Assembly (NCBI GenBank): GCA_001179505.1
Contig: CDMY01000206.1
Location: 62,001 to 126,000 of the forward strand
Direction: 5' to 3'
DNA length: 64,000 nucleotides
DNA from: Vitrella brassicaformis CCMP3155
Lineage: Eukaryota; Protista; Chromerida
Part shown: one piece after another, positions 11,643 to 23,892 of the stretch
Layout of the letters: each line of letters opens with the position of its first letter
How positions within the stretch are numbered: the first letter of the stretch is position 1
The notes under the pieces: model-generated
Seen by the model: only the letters and a program-made list of their open reading frames with translations
Told to the model about the DNA's origin: nothing
The model's database searches: none
Translations under genes and position numbers: made by a program

Positions 11643-12785
11643 TCATGCAGACCCTTGCTCCTCGCTGCCCTTGCTCTCTGTGTCTGCCTGTGTCCTGCCT
11701 TCCTCTTCCAAACTACTCGCCAGCTTTGTGAAATAAAACTGCCGATACGGCTCGGGCAGCGCGCGCAACAACGGCATCACCTGACTGTCCACTGTCTTCA
11801 TCGCCTTCACGAACGGCACCAGATCCTTGTTGCCGTATATGTCCTTGCCATCAAACAGCCCAGCCTTGTTCTCGATGAGCAAGGGACTGTGGAAGAACAC
11901 ATTCACCGATATCGACAGATCACCATGGTCCAACGCCCTCATCTCGACCGTGTGCAGCCACAAAGCGGGAATGAACAGCACGTCGCCGGCACTCAGACAC
12001 CCCTCCCATGCGGCATCCAGGGCGGCTCTTGCTCGTGGATACTTGTCGAAATCAACGCCAGCCTCCCCCTCAGCTGACAGCAGCCCAACCACAGGCGAAG
12101 ACGAGTCTTGCGGACGGATGTACAGATTGCCCACCTGAACACACACACAACAGAAACAGTCAACATTGCAGATCATCCCCAGCCTGCTTGTTGGGTTCTG
12201 TGTCACCTGTGTCGGCGGGAAGAGCAGCACGCGCTTGGTGCCTTTCACTTGAGCCAGGAAATTATCAGGAACATCGTAGTGAGCCCACAGACGCACTCCA
12301 GGGGTGGCCAGTCGCAGCACGGTCGAGAACAGGCACGAATCGGGCGGCCGCAGCTCCTCAGGCAGACAGAAGTCCCCTTCAATCGCCTTCCCGAATGCCT
12401 GCAGCGATGCTACATCCTTGTAGGGCCGCTCGCCGAGAGCACGATAGGACAGCCACTGCGCTGAAGCAGCTGTCCCATTGCACCCGTCTTGGCCGTCGCT
12501 TCTCTCCCCACGTGCAGCCATGCAATCAATAGCGTCCGCAAGCTTCATAAGCCGATATTGGAAGTTGCGGTTGACGAAGTTGAGGCTTCTTTCCTCAGCC
12601 ACGTGCACTGACACCTCCTTCTGACCGCACTGCTGCTTCAGGTACTGGGCATCCCATGTGCTTGCGCATGGCCCGATTGGGCACTGAGTGATGATGAGGG
12701 GCTCCTGCAGTCGGTAGATGTCGGTCCAGAGGCCATCTCGCGTCAGAGTCTCGCAAGGCCGCCGAGGAACGGGACGAAAAACCAT
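11643..12785 (-). CDS. TYW5: tRNA wybutosine-synthesizing protein 5 (JmjC Fe(II)/2-oxoglutarate hydroxylase); 1 intron
   Basis: EVSVHVAEERSLNFVNRNFQY, LWAHYDVPDNFLAQVKGTKRVLLFPP (HxD), GDVLFIPALWLHTV (distal His), KDIYGNKDL and LPEPYRQFY are all diagnostic of the TYW5 family. Confidence 0.92.
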   Translation of the reverse strand: MVFRPVPRRPCETLTRDGLWTDIYRLQEPLIITQCPIGPCASTWDAQYLKQQCGQKEVSVHVAEERSLNFVNRNFQYRLMKLADAIDCMAARGERSDGQDGCNGTAASAQWLSYRALGERPYKDVASLQAFGKAIEGDFCLPEELRPPDSCLFSTVLRLATPGVRLWAHYDVPDNFLAQVKGTKRVLLFPPTQVTQNPTSRLGMICNVDCFCCVCVQVGNLYIRPQDSSSPVVGLLSAEGEAGVDFDKYPRARAALDAAWEGCLSAGDVLFIPALWLHTVEMRALDHGDLSISVNVFFHSPLLIENKAGLFDGKDIYGNKDLVPFVKAMKTVDSQVMPLLRALPEPYRQFYFTKLASSLEEEGRTQADTESKGSEEQGSA

Positions 12786-13344
12786 TCAGATGAGTAGATC
12801 TCGGTATTCTGGCGTCATCTTCCAACGGCACAGCTCACAGCGCCCTGAATGGTGGTCTTGGCTGACCACAGAAACCCAGAACCCAGAACCTGGAACCCTT
12901 CACTTCGACACACTCATTCTGTAGGGGTGCACACAAGAAGGAAGTGGGCTGACTCATCGCAATGACTGCGTAATGCTTAATGGAGCTAGAATGTCCAGGA
13001 TCGATTTGCACAGGTGCCGTTTTGCAAACACGACACACCCACACACCCACACGCCCACACACGTGAACGGACACAGCGACAGGCACGGACACGCACAACC
13101 ATCACCACACATTGGCGGATGAATTACAGACACCATCACATGACATAGCGTGGCGCGGTGCTCACGCACGCGCTCCCATGCTCAAAAGCCAAAAATATAC
13201 TCGATCTATCAGCCAACCACCAAGCCAAAAAGTGCAGTCGATTATTCACCGACAACCAGTGTACTCTCTCATCTCACCATACACTATCCGTGCGATTGGT
13301 GACTCGAAAGCCCAATTCACAATACACACCTATCGGTCGCATCA

Positions 13345-15816
13345 TCATTCCACAACGTATTCCATTCGTTTCTGCATCTCTGCTGGTGCAGTGGTGGTGT
13401 TGTGGTTGACATCTCTGCTGAGTGGTGCCCTCTTTGGTTTCTTATAGCCGACCCAGCAGGTCATGCACGGCTCTCGCTGCTCCTCGCGCCTCGCTAAGGT
13501 GTCCGGGAAGACGCAGGGAGAGAAGAGCGGATGATCACGATATGTCTCACTCGCACCTGCACCCATCCATCCATCCATCCACCCACCCATCCATTCAATG
13601 ACAAAACGAATGAGATCAGGTGTCTCACCGTGTTCGTATGTCCTCTGCAGCCAATCGGTTTTCATCTCTTCACTGAGGCACTGTCTTGTTATAGCGCGGA
13701 GCGTGCTCCTGGCGGTGGTGCTGTTGGGTGCGTTCCACAGCACCTTCCGGCTGTAGTACTTCATCAAACGCAGCTTCTCGCGAATGGCCTCTGGGTCCAT
13801 ATACAGCTCGTCAAGTACAGGCCTCATCGCTTTCCGAGGATCCTCCTTGAATGCAGAGCCCTCCACCGCATAAGTGAAGTTCCTGAACACGGACACAGAC
13901 ACACATAGACGGACAACATGCCTGCCTCCCTTGTGCTATCTCAGTGTGCATGTATCTGACCTCCATGGAACTTCGCATTGGAAGGAGACCGCATACCTGT
14001 ACATGTCCGCCACCTCAGTGATCAGCACATTCAGTGTATGCCCCCAAAACCCGTCAGTGTTCCGCGAGCTCGTTACATCGGTCCCCCGGAAGCACAGATT
14101 CAGCTTCGAGTTGGCCAGTCGGTGCATGAACGAAGCCTCCGCATACAGTGGATGTCGGTCCTTATGGTCGCCCCCACCGTGGCACCTCTCGAAGTTGCCC
14201 AATTTGACGCCGGTTGAGCCCAGATTCTTGGTTCCGCGAGGGCAATAAGGAAGCTCGCCTTTCCGCCTGGCAGTCGAGACGAAGACGTTCTTGCTCGGCG
14301 TGCAGTTGGTGCATGATTCGGGCGAATAGTGCCAGCCCGCCAGGTGCTTCAATGCCTTCTGTCTGAAGGGCCGGAAGCCATCAATGGCACCTGAATGCAG
14401 ACACCGTATATGGTGCAGTCCGTGCTGTGTGGTGAATGTGTGAGTGCACCTACCCTGGAAGAACATCATGTAATCGCGGGCGAACCAATCGTAACGCGAT
14501 GGCGGGTCGAGTGCCGTGTGAACCAGGTCGTCCTCGAAGACATCTGCGGGATCGATGAGGCCCCGCTGCAACAGACTCTCCTTCTCGAAGGGCTGGTAGG
14601 CAGGCTGCAGCGCTGTCATGGAGGACCTGCAGCCACATGCAGACACAAGCAGACAGACGACAGGCTATACAATACACACGCTCGGGCGGCGGACACACGT
14701 GTGTATGTGGATGTGTGCGCACGTGTGGGGGATGGTGACAGCGCAGCCGAAGAGGCCTTTATCTGAGAGACAGACAGACAGTTCAGGGAATAATCTCGTG
14801 CAGTGCTGGTCTCCCCCTCCTGCTCGCACACGTACGGTTGTCAGTGACGTGCCGTCCCCATGTGATGTTCTTGGCGAAGGTGGCGAAGGTCTTGCCCAGT
14901 GCCCGCTTGATGTCGCCGTTTTTGAACTGCCAGTGAGTTGCCTGACGATAGATAGATTGTTCAGCATATGCAGTCTAGCAACACACACACCAAGCGGCTG
15001 GTTCAGTGCCATGCTCACCACCATCACATGATCGAGGCCACCATTCCTCCGCCAATGGGGCAACTGGGTGACCTGAAGGGACGGGCAGCATCACATGTGC
15101 GAAACCTAGACCGACGTACGACTACGGGAACACTGGCTCTCACCTCCTTGACAGCAATCGTACCCAGCAGGTGGATCGCCTTCTTATCCTTCTCCCCACA
15201 GGTGCGCTGCAGCAACAGAACTGCACACACATATGACAGTGCCACAAAACACACGCCAACATGTGGTGAGCCATCCATGGTGCAGCACGTGACACTCACC
15301 CACCCACCCACCTGGGTACACAGGCAAGACGAAGACGAGCGCCTTGTCGGGGTCACGCGTCCTCCATGGGTCGTTCCACAGCTGGTCCAGCCAGAAAACC
15401 TCATTCATGTTCTTCCGTTCATTTCTGTCCAAGTCCTCGGGCCACTCCCCGTTCAGGATGCTCTGCGCGGCCTCCTGGCACATGTCATGGAGCTCCGTCA
15501 GCGCCGGGGTATCAAGAATGAAGAACGGCACTTCCAGCTGACTCTCGAGTGCCTCCAGATCAGCGAACCGGCCGCCGTATGGATGATATCGATTGTCTTC
15601 TCCAGCTGAAGGCAGACCGCCGCTTGCCGTGCATTGTCCCATGTTGAAGACGGCGTGCAGTGTGGGATGCAGAGGGGTGCCGATGGTGGCGTTGAGCAGC
15701 GCATCCCTGTAGTAGTGGGTGTAGCTGCCTAGTGGTCGGCGCAACAAGTTGAACAGACAGCCGGTGAGGGTAAGGGTCAAGGCTGATGCAGTCAGTGCGG
15801 GGAGGGAGACCCTCAT
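13345..15816 (-). CDS. Exostosin-like glycosyltransferase (GT47), type II membrane protein; multi-exon
   Basis: N-terminal signal anchor MRVSLPALTASALTLTLTGCLFNLL; GT47 motifs WRTRDPDKALVFVLPVY, RDYMMFFQG, FMHRLANSKLNLCFRGTDVTSSRNTDGFWGHTLNVLI and FQCEVPW. Confidence 0.78.
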
Positions 15817-15964
15817 ACGCACCAACCATGCAGAAACAGGGGAACAGCCTCCACACACGGTAGAAAATCCGTTAACGCCTGTAAAACACACAGCGGCATT
15901 GCGAGCTTAGAAAGCTGCGCAGACTCCTCGCAAGGCAGATCACGGCGAGATCTATTCATCAACA

Positions 15965-18900
15965 ATGCTCTCCCACCTCTTTCATCGCTCCAATGCTTCA
16001 CTGCGCCAGCCTCTCTGCCGAACAATCTTATCTGGGGCAACAGAGGGCCACACGGCTGCATCAGGGCGCACCAACCCCTCATCCCGCTTTCTCCCATCCC
16101 CTCAGTCACAGGCGTACTCAAGGAGGCCCCCATCAGCCCCTCTGATCAAGTTCCACGCCGCACTGGACCGGCCCTCACGCATCAGCCGCGTCAGCCATCG
16201 GCAGATCGTGAGGAATGCAATGCGCAAGATTCGCCAATTCGACGCCACCCCGGTGACGGCAGACAAGCTGGCGGTGCGCCCGTCTGACATGAAGGGCCTG
16301 CTGCCGGCTTACTATGGCTCCGATGCTGTCAAGGGCAGGGCGGTGTCGACGCCGCGAGATGAGATGCAGCTGATGGCGATGCGGCGGCGGCAGATGAGAA
16401 GGCTCAAGAAGCGGCCTGCGGCAGCGCTGCCCAGGAAGCACTGGATGTTCGTCAAATCAGGTGGGTGAGTGAGTGGGTGAGTGAGTGGATGAATGGGAGA
16501 CGATGCAAGCGGGCAGACTGAGAGGGATGGATATGTCTTGGTGTGTGCTGGGTATGTATGCAGGGGAGCCGATGAAGTCCGAGGACCTGTCACAGACGGC
16601 TGCGTCGATCTTCAAGGAAGATGACGGTACAAACAGCAAAGCAGGGCAGACACTCTCTCTCTCTCTCTCCCTCTCTCTCTCGCCTCCCCCACATGTGCTG
16701 TCTGCCACCATGTCAGGTGACCTGGAGGCCAAGCTCAAGGAGGTCCGCGACAAACGTCTGGGCATCAAAGCTGACGCCTACGACGACACCGCCCCCTTCT
16801 GGGCTCGCGAAGAGAAACAGCGCAACCCCGACTGGACCATCTCCGACACTCTCCCTTCTCACAGCACCCCTACAATCCCCGCCCCTGCCTCTGATGCCCT
16901 CCCTCCTGGAGACAACCACCACCACCAGCAGCAGCAGGTCGACCCGACGCAGTCGATCGCCGCGACACCGCCAGGCGCGCGACCCACCGCCCCGCCGTTT
17001 GTCGATATCGACGAGAGGGTGAGGGAGGAGGGGGACGGTGGTGCAGGCGAGAAGAGTGAGGGTGGTGGTGTGATGACCAAAATCGGAGGGCGGAGGCTGC
17101 ATCTTGGTCCGGAGAGGTTCGTGAACAGGGTGCTCGACACACAGCCCCAGACGGAGGCCGAGAGGGAGCAGAAGGCGCTGCAGAGGCAAAACAGACCCCA
17201 ACACGAGGAATCCCTGCCGAGTGGGTGCCAATCACGGACACATCCAGCACCCATCCATCCATTCATCCATCCATTCTGTGTGCTTGGTGTGAGTAGATGC
17301 GGGTCAGTCGTTGATTCGTCAGCTGAAGGAGAAAGCAAGGTCATTTGAGCAGTACGGCGTCGACCCCGATATGGTCGACAGCCTCAAGGCCAATCTGCAG
17401 TACTACCCCGGCATCGAGAGGCAGCAACGAAAGGCCGAGGTGGGCCACAAACCTCACACAGACCCCACACAGCACACACTTGATCAGGGGAACGGTGTGG
17501 ACGGCTGTCGTGCGCTGCAGATGATGGAGTTCTCTCGATCCTTTGAGGAGATCCTGGAGGAGGGCCGTGCGTCTGTCGATAACTGCAACGCCATGATCAA
17601 GGCCGCCGCCATGAAGGTGGGTGTATGGGTGTGGGTGTGGCTGTGGCTGGGGTGCCGCGCCTTCACTGCACGTTCGTCGTGTCTTGGTGTGTGCATGTGT
17701 GTGTGTGAGAAGGGTGATGTTGACATGTGTCTGTCGATCCACGACAAGATGAAGCTGCACGGCTTCGATCCCAACGCCGACACATACGTGGGGCTCATAC
17801 AGGCAGCCACAGTCAAGAAGAACGCCGCCATGGCTCGGCTGTTCTACCTCAGGTGGATCACGCAATAGACACAGAGAGAGAGAGGCCGGGGCCTCCATTT
17901 GGTGTCTTGCTGTTTGTCTGTTTGCTGCTGTCGTGGGTATCTTCAGGATGCGCTCTCAGCTAATCACGCCGACAGAGAAGGTGTATGCCGCCCTGATCAA
18001 CGCCCACGTGCAGGAGGGGGACCTGACGTGAGACCAAACAATACGCACGACAACACACACATGTGCCCGCGGGCAACTGTCTGTCTGTCTGTCTATGTCT
18101 CCATCCATCCATCCATCCATCAGTGCTGGGTTCGCGCTGCTGCGTAAGATGGAGGACGAAGGGCTCAAGCCCAACGTCATCGTCTACACCACACTCATCG
18201 ACGGACTGGTGCGTCACCCATCCCCCCACCCACCCCACACACGGACGCACTCGCATGGCTCTTCTATGTGTGCGTGTGGGTGTGTCAGGTTGACCAGAAC
18301 AAGATCGACAAGGCGTGGCGTGTGTTCCACGACATCCGCACTTGGAAGCTCATCGACCCCGATGAGGTCCTCTTCACCGTCATGATCAAGGTGGGTGGGG
18401 TGAGGGGGTCCGTGGGCTGATAGGTGACAAACATACTACAAGACACACCTGTGACGGTGGAGTGAGTAGGCGTGTGCGCGCCGTCGGGAGGCCGAGAAGG
18501 CCATCAACCTGCTCGACGACATGCGGGCCATGGGGCAGTACCCCACTGACGTCACGTATGTGGCTCTGCAGCACACACCAACACACAAAGGGCAGCCTTG
18601 GTCCATGGCATGGATGTGTGTGTGGTGCAGGTACACTGAACTGATCCATGCGTGTTCTCGCCGCGCAGACTTCTTCCAAAAGGCATTTGATTTCTACAAC
18701 CAGGTACATCGCCAATTCATGGCTGCCATCCACCCTGACTCTGACCCGCCCCGTTGTGTGTGTGGACCACCGATTGTCTGTCAGATGCAAGCCGAGGACA
18801 TGCCGGTGGGCGTGCAGGTGTTCGAACACCTCCTCGGCGCATGTGCCTCAAAGGGCGACGTCAAAAAGGCCAAAGAAGTCGTCAAACAAATGGTACCCAC

Positions 18901-20263
18901 CCCCACACACACACCTCCTCTCCATCTGTCTGTCTATGTGTGTGGGCATCAGGGGCGCCGTGAGATCCCGATGACCCAGTGGATGTACCACCAGCTGATC
19001 AGCGTGTTCGCCACGGCCATGCGGCTGCCCAAGGTGTCCGACAACGAGCGCCTCTGCAACCTCCGATACGCATGGAGCGTCGTGCAGGACATGCGCCGCA
19101 AGGAGCTGCCCATCGACACCCACTCGCTCAACGCAGTCATGCAGGTCTACATCAACGGCGGGTTTGCACAGTACGCCATCGACATGCTGCAGCAGTTCGC
19201 ACACTTCAAGGTGGGTGGGTGGGCGGTGGGCGGGTCGCACAGAGACCAGAAAAAGGGCAGGCATTGCATTGGCTATGTGTTGTTGGTCGTTCAGTGTGAG
19301 CCTGATGCGACTACGTATTTTGCGCTGCTGCGCACGCTTGGGAAGGACCTCAAAGACCCCGGGCGGTTCTTCGCTCTCTGGGTGGGTGAGGAGAGAAGGC
19401 ATGGCATGTTCACACCAGTCAGTAAGTCGTGTGTGACATGCATGGCGCGTGTGTGTGCGAATGCATGGTCAGGACTACATGCGTGAGAACAGCAAGGTCG
19501 TGCCGAATCAGGCAATGCTGCACCTGGCGCTCGACACCGCCATGACCTCTCGGTAAACCACACACACGCACACGCACACTGGCAGACTGGCCCCGATCGA
19601 CGACAGACGTCTGTCTTTCCCTTGGTTGTGTGTTTGTTGCCTTCAGGTCGGCCGCCCGCACAGTCAAGGTGCTCCAAGAAATGTATCAACTCAAGGTCGG
19701 TCGGTCGGTCAGACAGACAGACAGACAGACAGACACCCACACAGCCATCCAACCAGCCAACCAAGCGACCGACATACCACTCCTACCTCTGCCTTGCCTC
19801 GGCTGTGCAGGTGTACCCGACTGCGCAGCTGACCGACCGCCTGGCCAAGGTAGGCCGCAAGATCACCGAGATCCACCGCATGGTGGCACTCTTCATCAAA
19901 CTCCAAAAGGAAGACGTGTGGACCAAACGCAAGAACGAGACTGCCGTCATGCTCTCAAAGATCGACGAGCATGAACTGCGCCTCTTCCAGGTCAAAAGCC
20001 CTGCCCCCCAACACACAACACACACAGATGGATGGATGAATGGATGGATGGATGTGCTATAGGAAGGTCAGCACTACTCTCAGCTTGGCCCGAAGCTCTC
20101 ACCCGAGGATGAGGTGCGGAAGAAGTTCTTCAAGTCTCGCGAGCGGCTGTACGGCAAGAGGAAGTGGCTGCCGCTGGGAGAGTACATCCAGGCCAAGCAG
20201 AAGGGCGGCGAGCATTACGCCGAGAGGAAAGACAGGCCAAAACCTGTGCTCGTCACGGGATAG
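15965..20263 (+). CDS. Pentatricopeptide-repeat (P-class PPR) protein with about 11 repeats, probable mitochondrial presequence; many exons
   Basis: Tandem 35-aa units such as ADTYVGLIQAATVKKNAAMARLFYLRMRSQLITPT, EKVYAALINAHVQEGDLTAGFALLRKMEDEGLKPN, VIVYTTLIDGLVDQNKIDKAWRVFHDIRTWKLIDPD and EVLFTVMIKACARRREAEKAINLLDDMRAMGQYPT; Arg/Ser/Leu-rich N-terminus with few acidic residues; stop TAG at 20261-20263. Confidence 0.92.
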
Positions 20264-20643
20264 CGTGCATGCATGGTGCCGATCTGACTGGTGGTGGTGT
20301 GAAGATGCGCTGTTTGCAGGTCGGCTCTACACGGCGGTTCAGCCGTTGTGGGGCCCACCCGCAACAGAAGCACTGCACACCACCACCAGCTGGAGAGAAA
20401 GTTAGTGAGGATCTTTCGCTGATGCATGTCGGACGCAGTGACTTATGTGGCTGAGCCACCGTCAGCTCTCAGTTCGTGGTTTCGCGATCCCCACTAAAAC
20501 CGCGAGCTTGAAACTTCATCTCTATTTCCGAGAAGAGGCTCAGCAGACACCCTTTTGTTGTCAGTTTGCCAGATCTTGCAGTTTGCTGACTCACTATTGG
20601 AGATCTGTCGGCTTTTCTTGAGTCCATCCATCCATGCGATTCG

Positions 20644-23568
20644 ATGGAGCGGCCCGAGAAGAGAGCCCGCATCGAGGACATCAGCACAGCAGCGGCACCG
20701 GCAGCTGCTGCCGCTGCCGCTGCTGGTGTCGCGGAAGAAGAGGTAAGAGAGCACCTGCAGATTGATTGCGCTTTCTGACCGATTATCTGATCTCTCTGGC
20801 TGTCTTGTCTTTGTCTTACAGACTGAGGCGAATGGCATGGATCACGACCTGGTCCGACGTATCAAAGAAGTCCATCGAAGGGTGAGCTCATCACAGGAAT
20901 CCGACGTATCAAAGAAGTCCATCGATGGTTCTGCAGGCTGAGAGTGTGTTTGCCGAGAAGAGGTCGCTCGAAGGCACACTCGGCACCGAAATATGCCCGG
21001 GTGTGACCAGGGTGAGACGCATCTGCAGTTCTTATTGTACCAATCACATTCCATGCGTGTGTGTCTGCCTGTGTCAGGTGTGCACGAGGCTGCTGGCCAA
21101 GATTGGTCGCACTGACAAGACGCCCGGCGAGCAAAACGACCTCATATCGCTGGTGCATCAGCAGCTCGATATCATCACCAAAGCCATCAAACCAGATGGA
21201 CAGGTGACGTCACCTGCCCAGCACGTGACAACACCACACACATGCACCGCACCCAGCCCATTGATGCCGGTCTTTCTGTGTCTGCTCTTGCTGTGCAGTC
21301 CGCTTCATTGTCCTCATCTCCGCTGTGCAACCTCTCAGAAGACGTCCTCTTCACCTACCTGGGCCCCCATCTGGGCACCCAGGCCACCATCGGCACCCTC
21401 GCGCTGACACACCCGGCCCTCCACGCACCCACGACCAGCCCCTCCATGCACAAGACGGTCCATGTCGAGAGCGACAAGCCCATCCCCATGACCGAACGGC
21501 AACTCACCGTGTGGCTTGGCCGTTTTGCCGAGACGAAGCGTGCCGTGCTGCTCTGCCCGATGCGGATGGGTGTGGTGCGTCTGATGGAGGGCCTGTGCAA
21601 GACGCTGGAGCATCTGAGGGTACAGCCGAGAGGATTAGATTTTTGGGAAGCGGAGGGCATCGAGAGGATACCGTACCCGCGAGGTGAGATGTCCTGACAG
21701 ACAGGCAGACAGACGGAAAGACATTGATTGCCGTTGGTTGTCGGTCCTGCGCCGGCATCCATCCATTGTTCATCAGGTCCTGAGTCGCCTCAGGTTGTGT
21801 TCCCACGGTTGGCTGTTGCGGAGGTCGGCAGCCCCTGGACCGGAGCCGCAGGAATGCGGAACTGGAAGCTCACGTAAGAGACACATGCGGCCAGGCAGGC
21901 CAGACACCGCCGTGTTGACGTTTGTTGATCGATCGCCGTGCGATGCCAATCACACAGGGCGCTCCGGGAGATCACCGTTAGCGGAAGAGCTTCGCGTGCA
22001 AGCGAGACAGCTGCCGTGTGGCTCGAGTCATCGCCTCATGTGTGGAGCCTCGAAGTCGGCGACTGGGAGCTGCGTGATGTGGCGGACATGCTGCACCGAT
22101 GCAACACCATCAAGCGCCTCACTGGCGTAAGAAGACAAGCCCAGATGTGTGTGCGCATGTATGTGATGTGATGCCCTCCTTTGCTTGCGTGGGTGGTTTG
22201 CTTTAGGTGCGCATCACTGGTAGACTAAAGCAAAGCTTCCGGGTATCGCTGCCTCCAGTTGGCGAGCCCGATTCTCGGGCCTTTCTCAAGCACACACAGC
22301 TGGAGGAGCTCGAAGCCACCATTGACTATGGCCACAATTCGCCATATGGAGATCGGCCTTCCTTCTGTGGAGAGAAGTCCATCCAGGTAGTTGGGCGAGA
22401 CAGACAGACAGACGAGGTGCTTGTGCACGCGGGTCTCGTCTGTCGGCCCATGTCTGTCTTTGAACCACATCAGGAGCTGGACTATCTGCGCAAGCACAAC
22501 CTGGCTCCCAACGCCGTAGAGCGCTACCACACCCAACGCAACGGCATCAACACCGACACATTCCGCCTCGGCGTCCTGCGGCAGATGCATTCCGAGGAGC
22601 TCGCCGACTGCGCTGGGACATTAAGGATGCTCGCTGCTCTGGCCGCGCACGTCGAGGTGCCCGACGAGTGGGCATGGCCTCAAGCGCTGGTGTCGAGCGG
22701 TGCTTTTTCCACCTTGTCCACCACCCTGGCTGCACTCGACTTCCCTCTCGCTGAGAGAGTGTCCGTAGTGAGGGCGCGTGTCGGCGTCGGGGCCGGGCAG
22801 CAAGGCTCACTGCCTGACGTGTTGTTGTCGTCGATTGGCCGCCTTTTCCCCTCTGTGACGGTAGTGGAGGTGTGTTGGCCTGCTGTGGTGGGTCAGGCAG
22901 TCATGCAGGCAGTCATGGCTCAGCTCAGTGACAGGCTAGAAGTAGTGCGCTTCCGTTGCCCGAACCTCAGCGATGCATTGCCGCCGTATTTTCGCGGTGT
23001 GACCACATCCATCGCCGCGTTTTCCATTGAGGGCGCGCTATCTGGGGAGGGGGTGTATGCGGTCGACCAACAGTGGTCGCTGCGTGTGGAGGAAAGAGGA
23101 CAGGCAGGCAACAGCGAGGCGCCAGTCTTGGATCGCGTCCGACAAATGACCATCAGAGTCGATGTGCCGGACATCGAAGATGACGATCCTGACTGGTGTG
23201 TCTCGAATTTCGGTATTTTTGCGGATGATGAGGGTTGGTTCGATGCGTGTAGGGCAATCTCGCGGCACTGTCTTGCGGCCGTGCATGACATGCCCGCCCT
23301 TGACCACATCATGTACGAGTGCACCAAGGAAGTCGGGCCGGGGAATGATAGCGAGTACGGCAGCCGTGTGCAGATCCTGCACGCAAAGCACGTAGCGGCA
23401 GAGAGAGGCAGGAAGGCCGGCGCTTTTCACGGCCATCTTTCTGTCTGTGGCTTTGAGGCTGTCGAGTTGCCGTCGTCACAGCCAGGGCTCTACTGCCGCA
23501 TTGCGGTTCGCCGCTGTCACGGTGTGCGGCAGAAGAAGATCACTGACTACTTTGGCAGACAAGGATGA
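20644..23568 (+). CDS. Lineage-specific F-box-like protein with degenerate LRR-like C-terminus; about 8 exons
   Basis: Phase-consistent splicing MERPEKRARIED..EEE|TEANGMDHDLVRRIKEVHRR|AESVFAEK..|VCTRLLAK..|SASLSSSPLCNLSEDVLFTYLGPHL (F-box-like)..|..|VRITGRLKQ..ITDYFGRQG*. Confidence 0.65.
20853..20925 (+). repeat. 26-bp direct repeat TCCGACGTATCAAAGAAGTCCATCGA (20853-20878 and 20900-20925)
   Basis: Read directly; the first copy is exonic and the second lies inside the 55-nt intron 20882-20936. Confidence 0.9.
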
Positions 23569-23892
23569 ATGTGTGTAGTCCCAGTAGGTGTGTAGAAGGA
23601 GACGTAGAGTGAGGTGTTGCCCTGGGTGGGTGGATGGGAGGGAGGGAGAGAAAGATGGATGTGTCGGTATGGCACATGATGGACAAGGCCAAGGGTGGCG
23701 TCGATGTGGTGGACATTTGCGTTTGACATGCCGGCACCTGCCGCATTTAAGCCATGCCATTCATTCATCAGAGACGAATGTAACTGGTCAGTCAGCCGAT
23801 TCACTACATCTACACGCAGTCATTACATCCACACAACACAAAAGCAGTCCAGAAAAACGAAAGTCCTGAGGTCATCCCAGCCTCTTCCTGTC

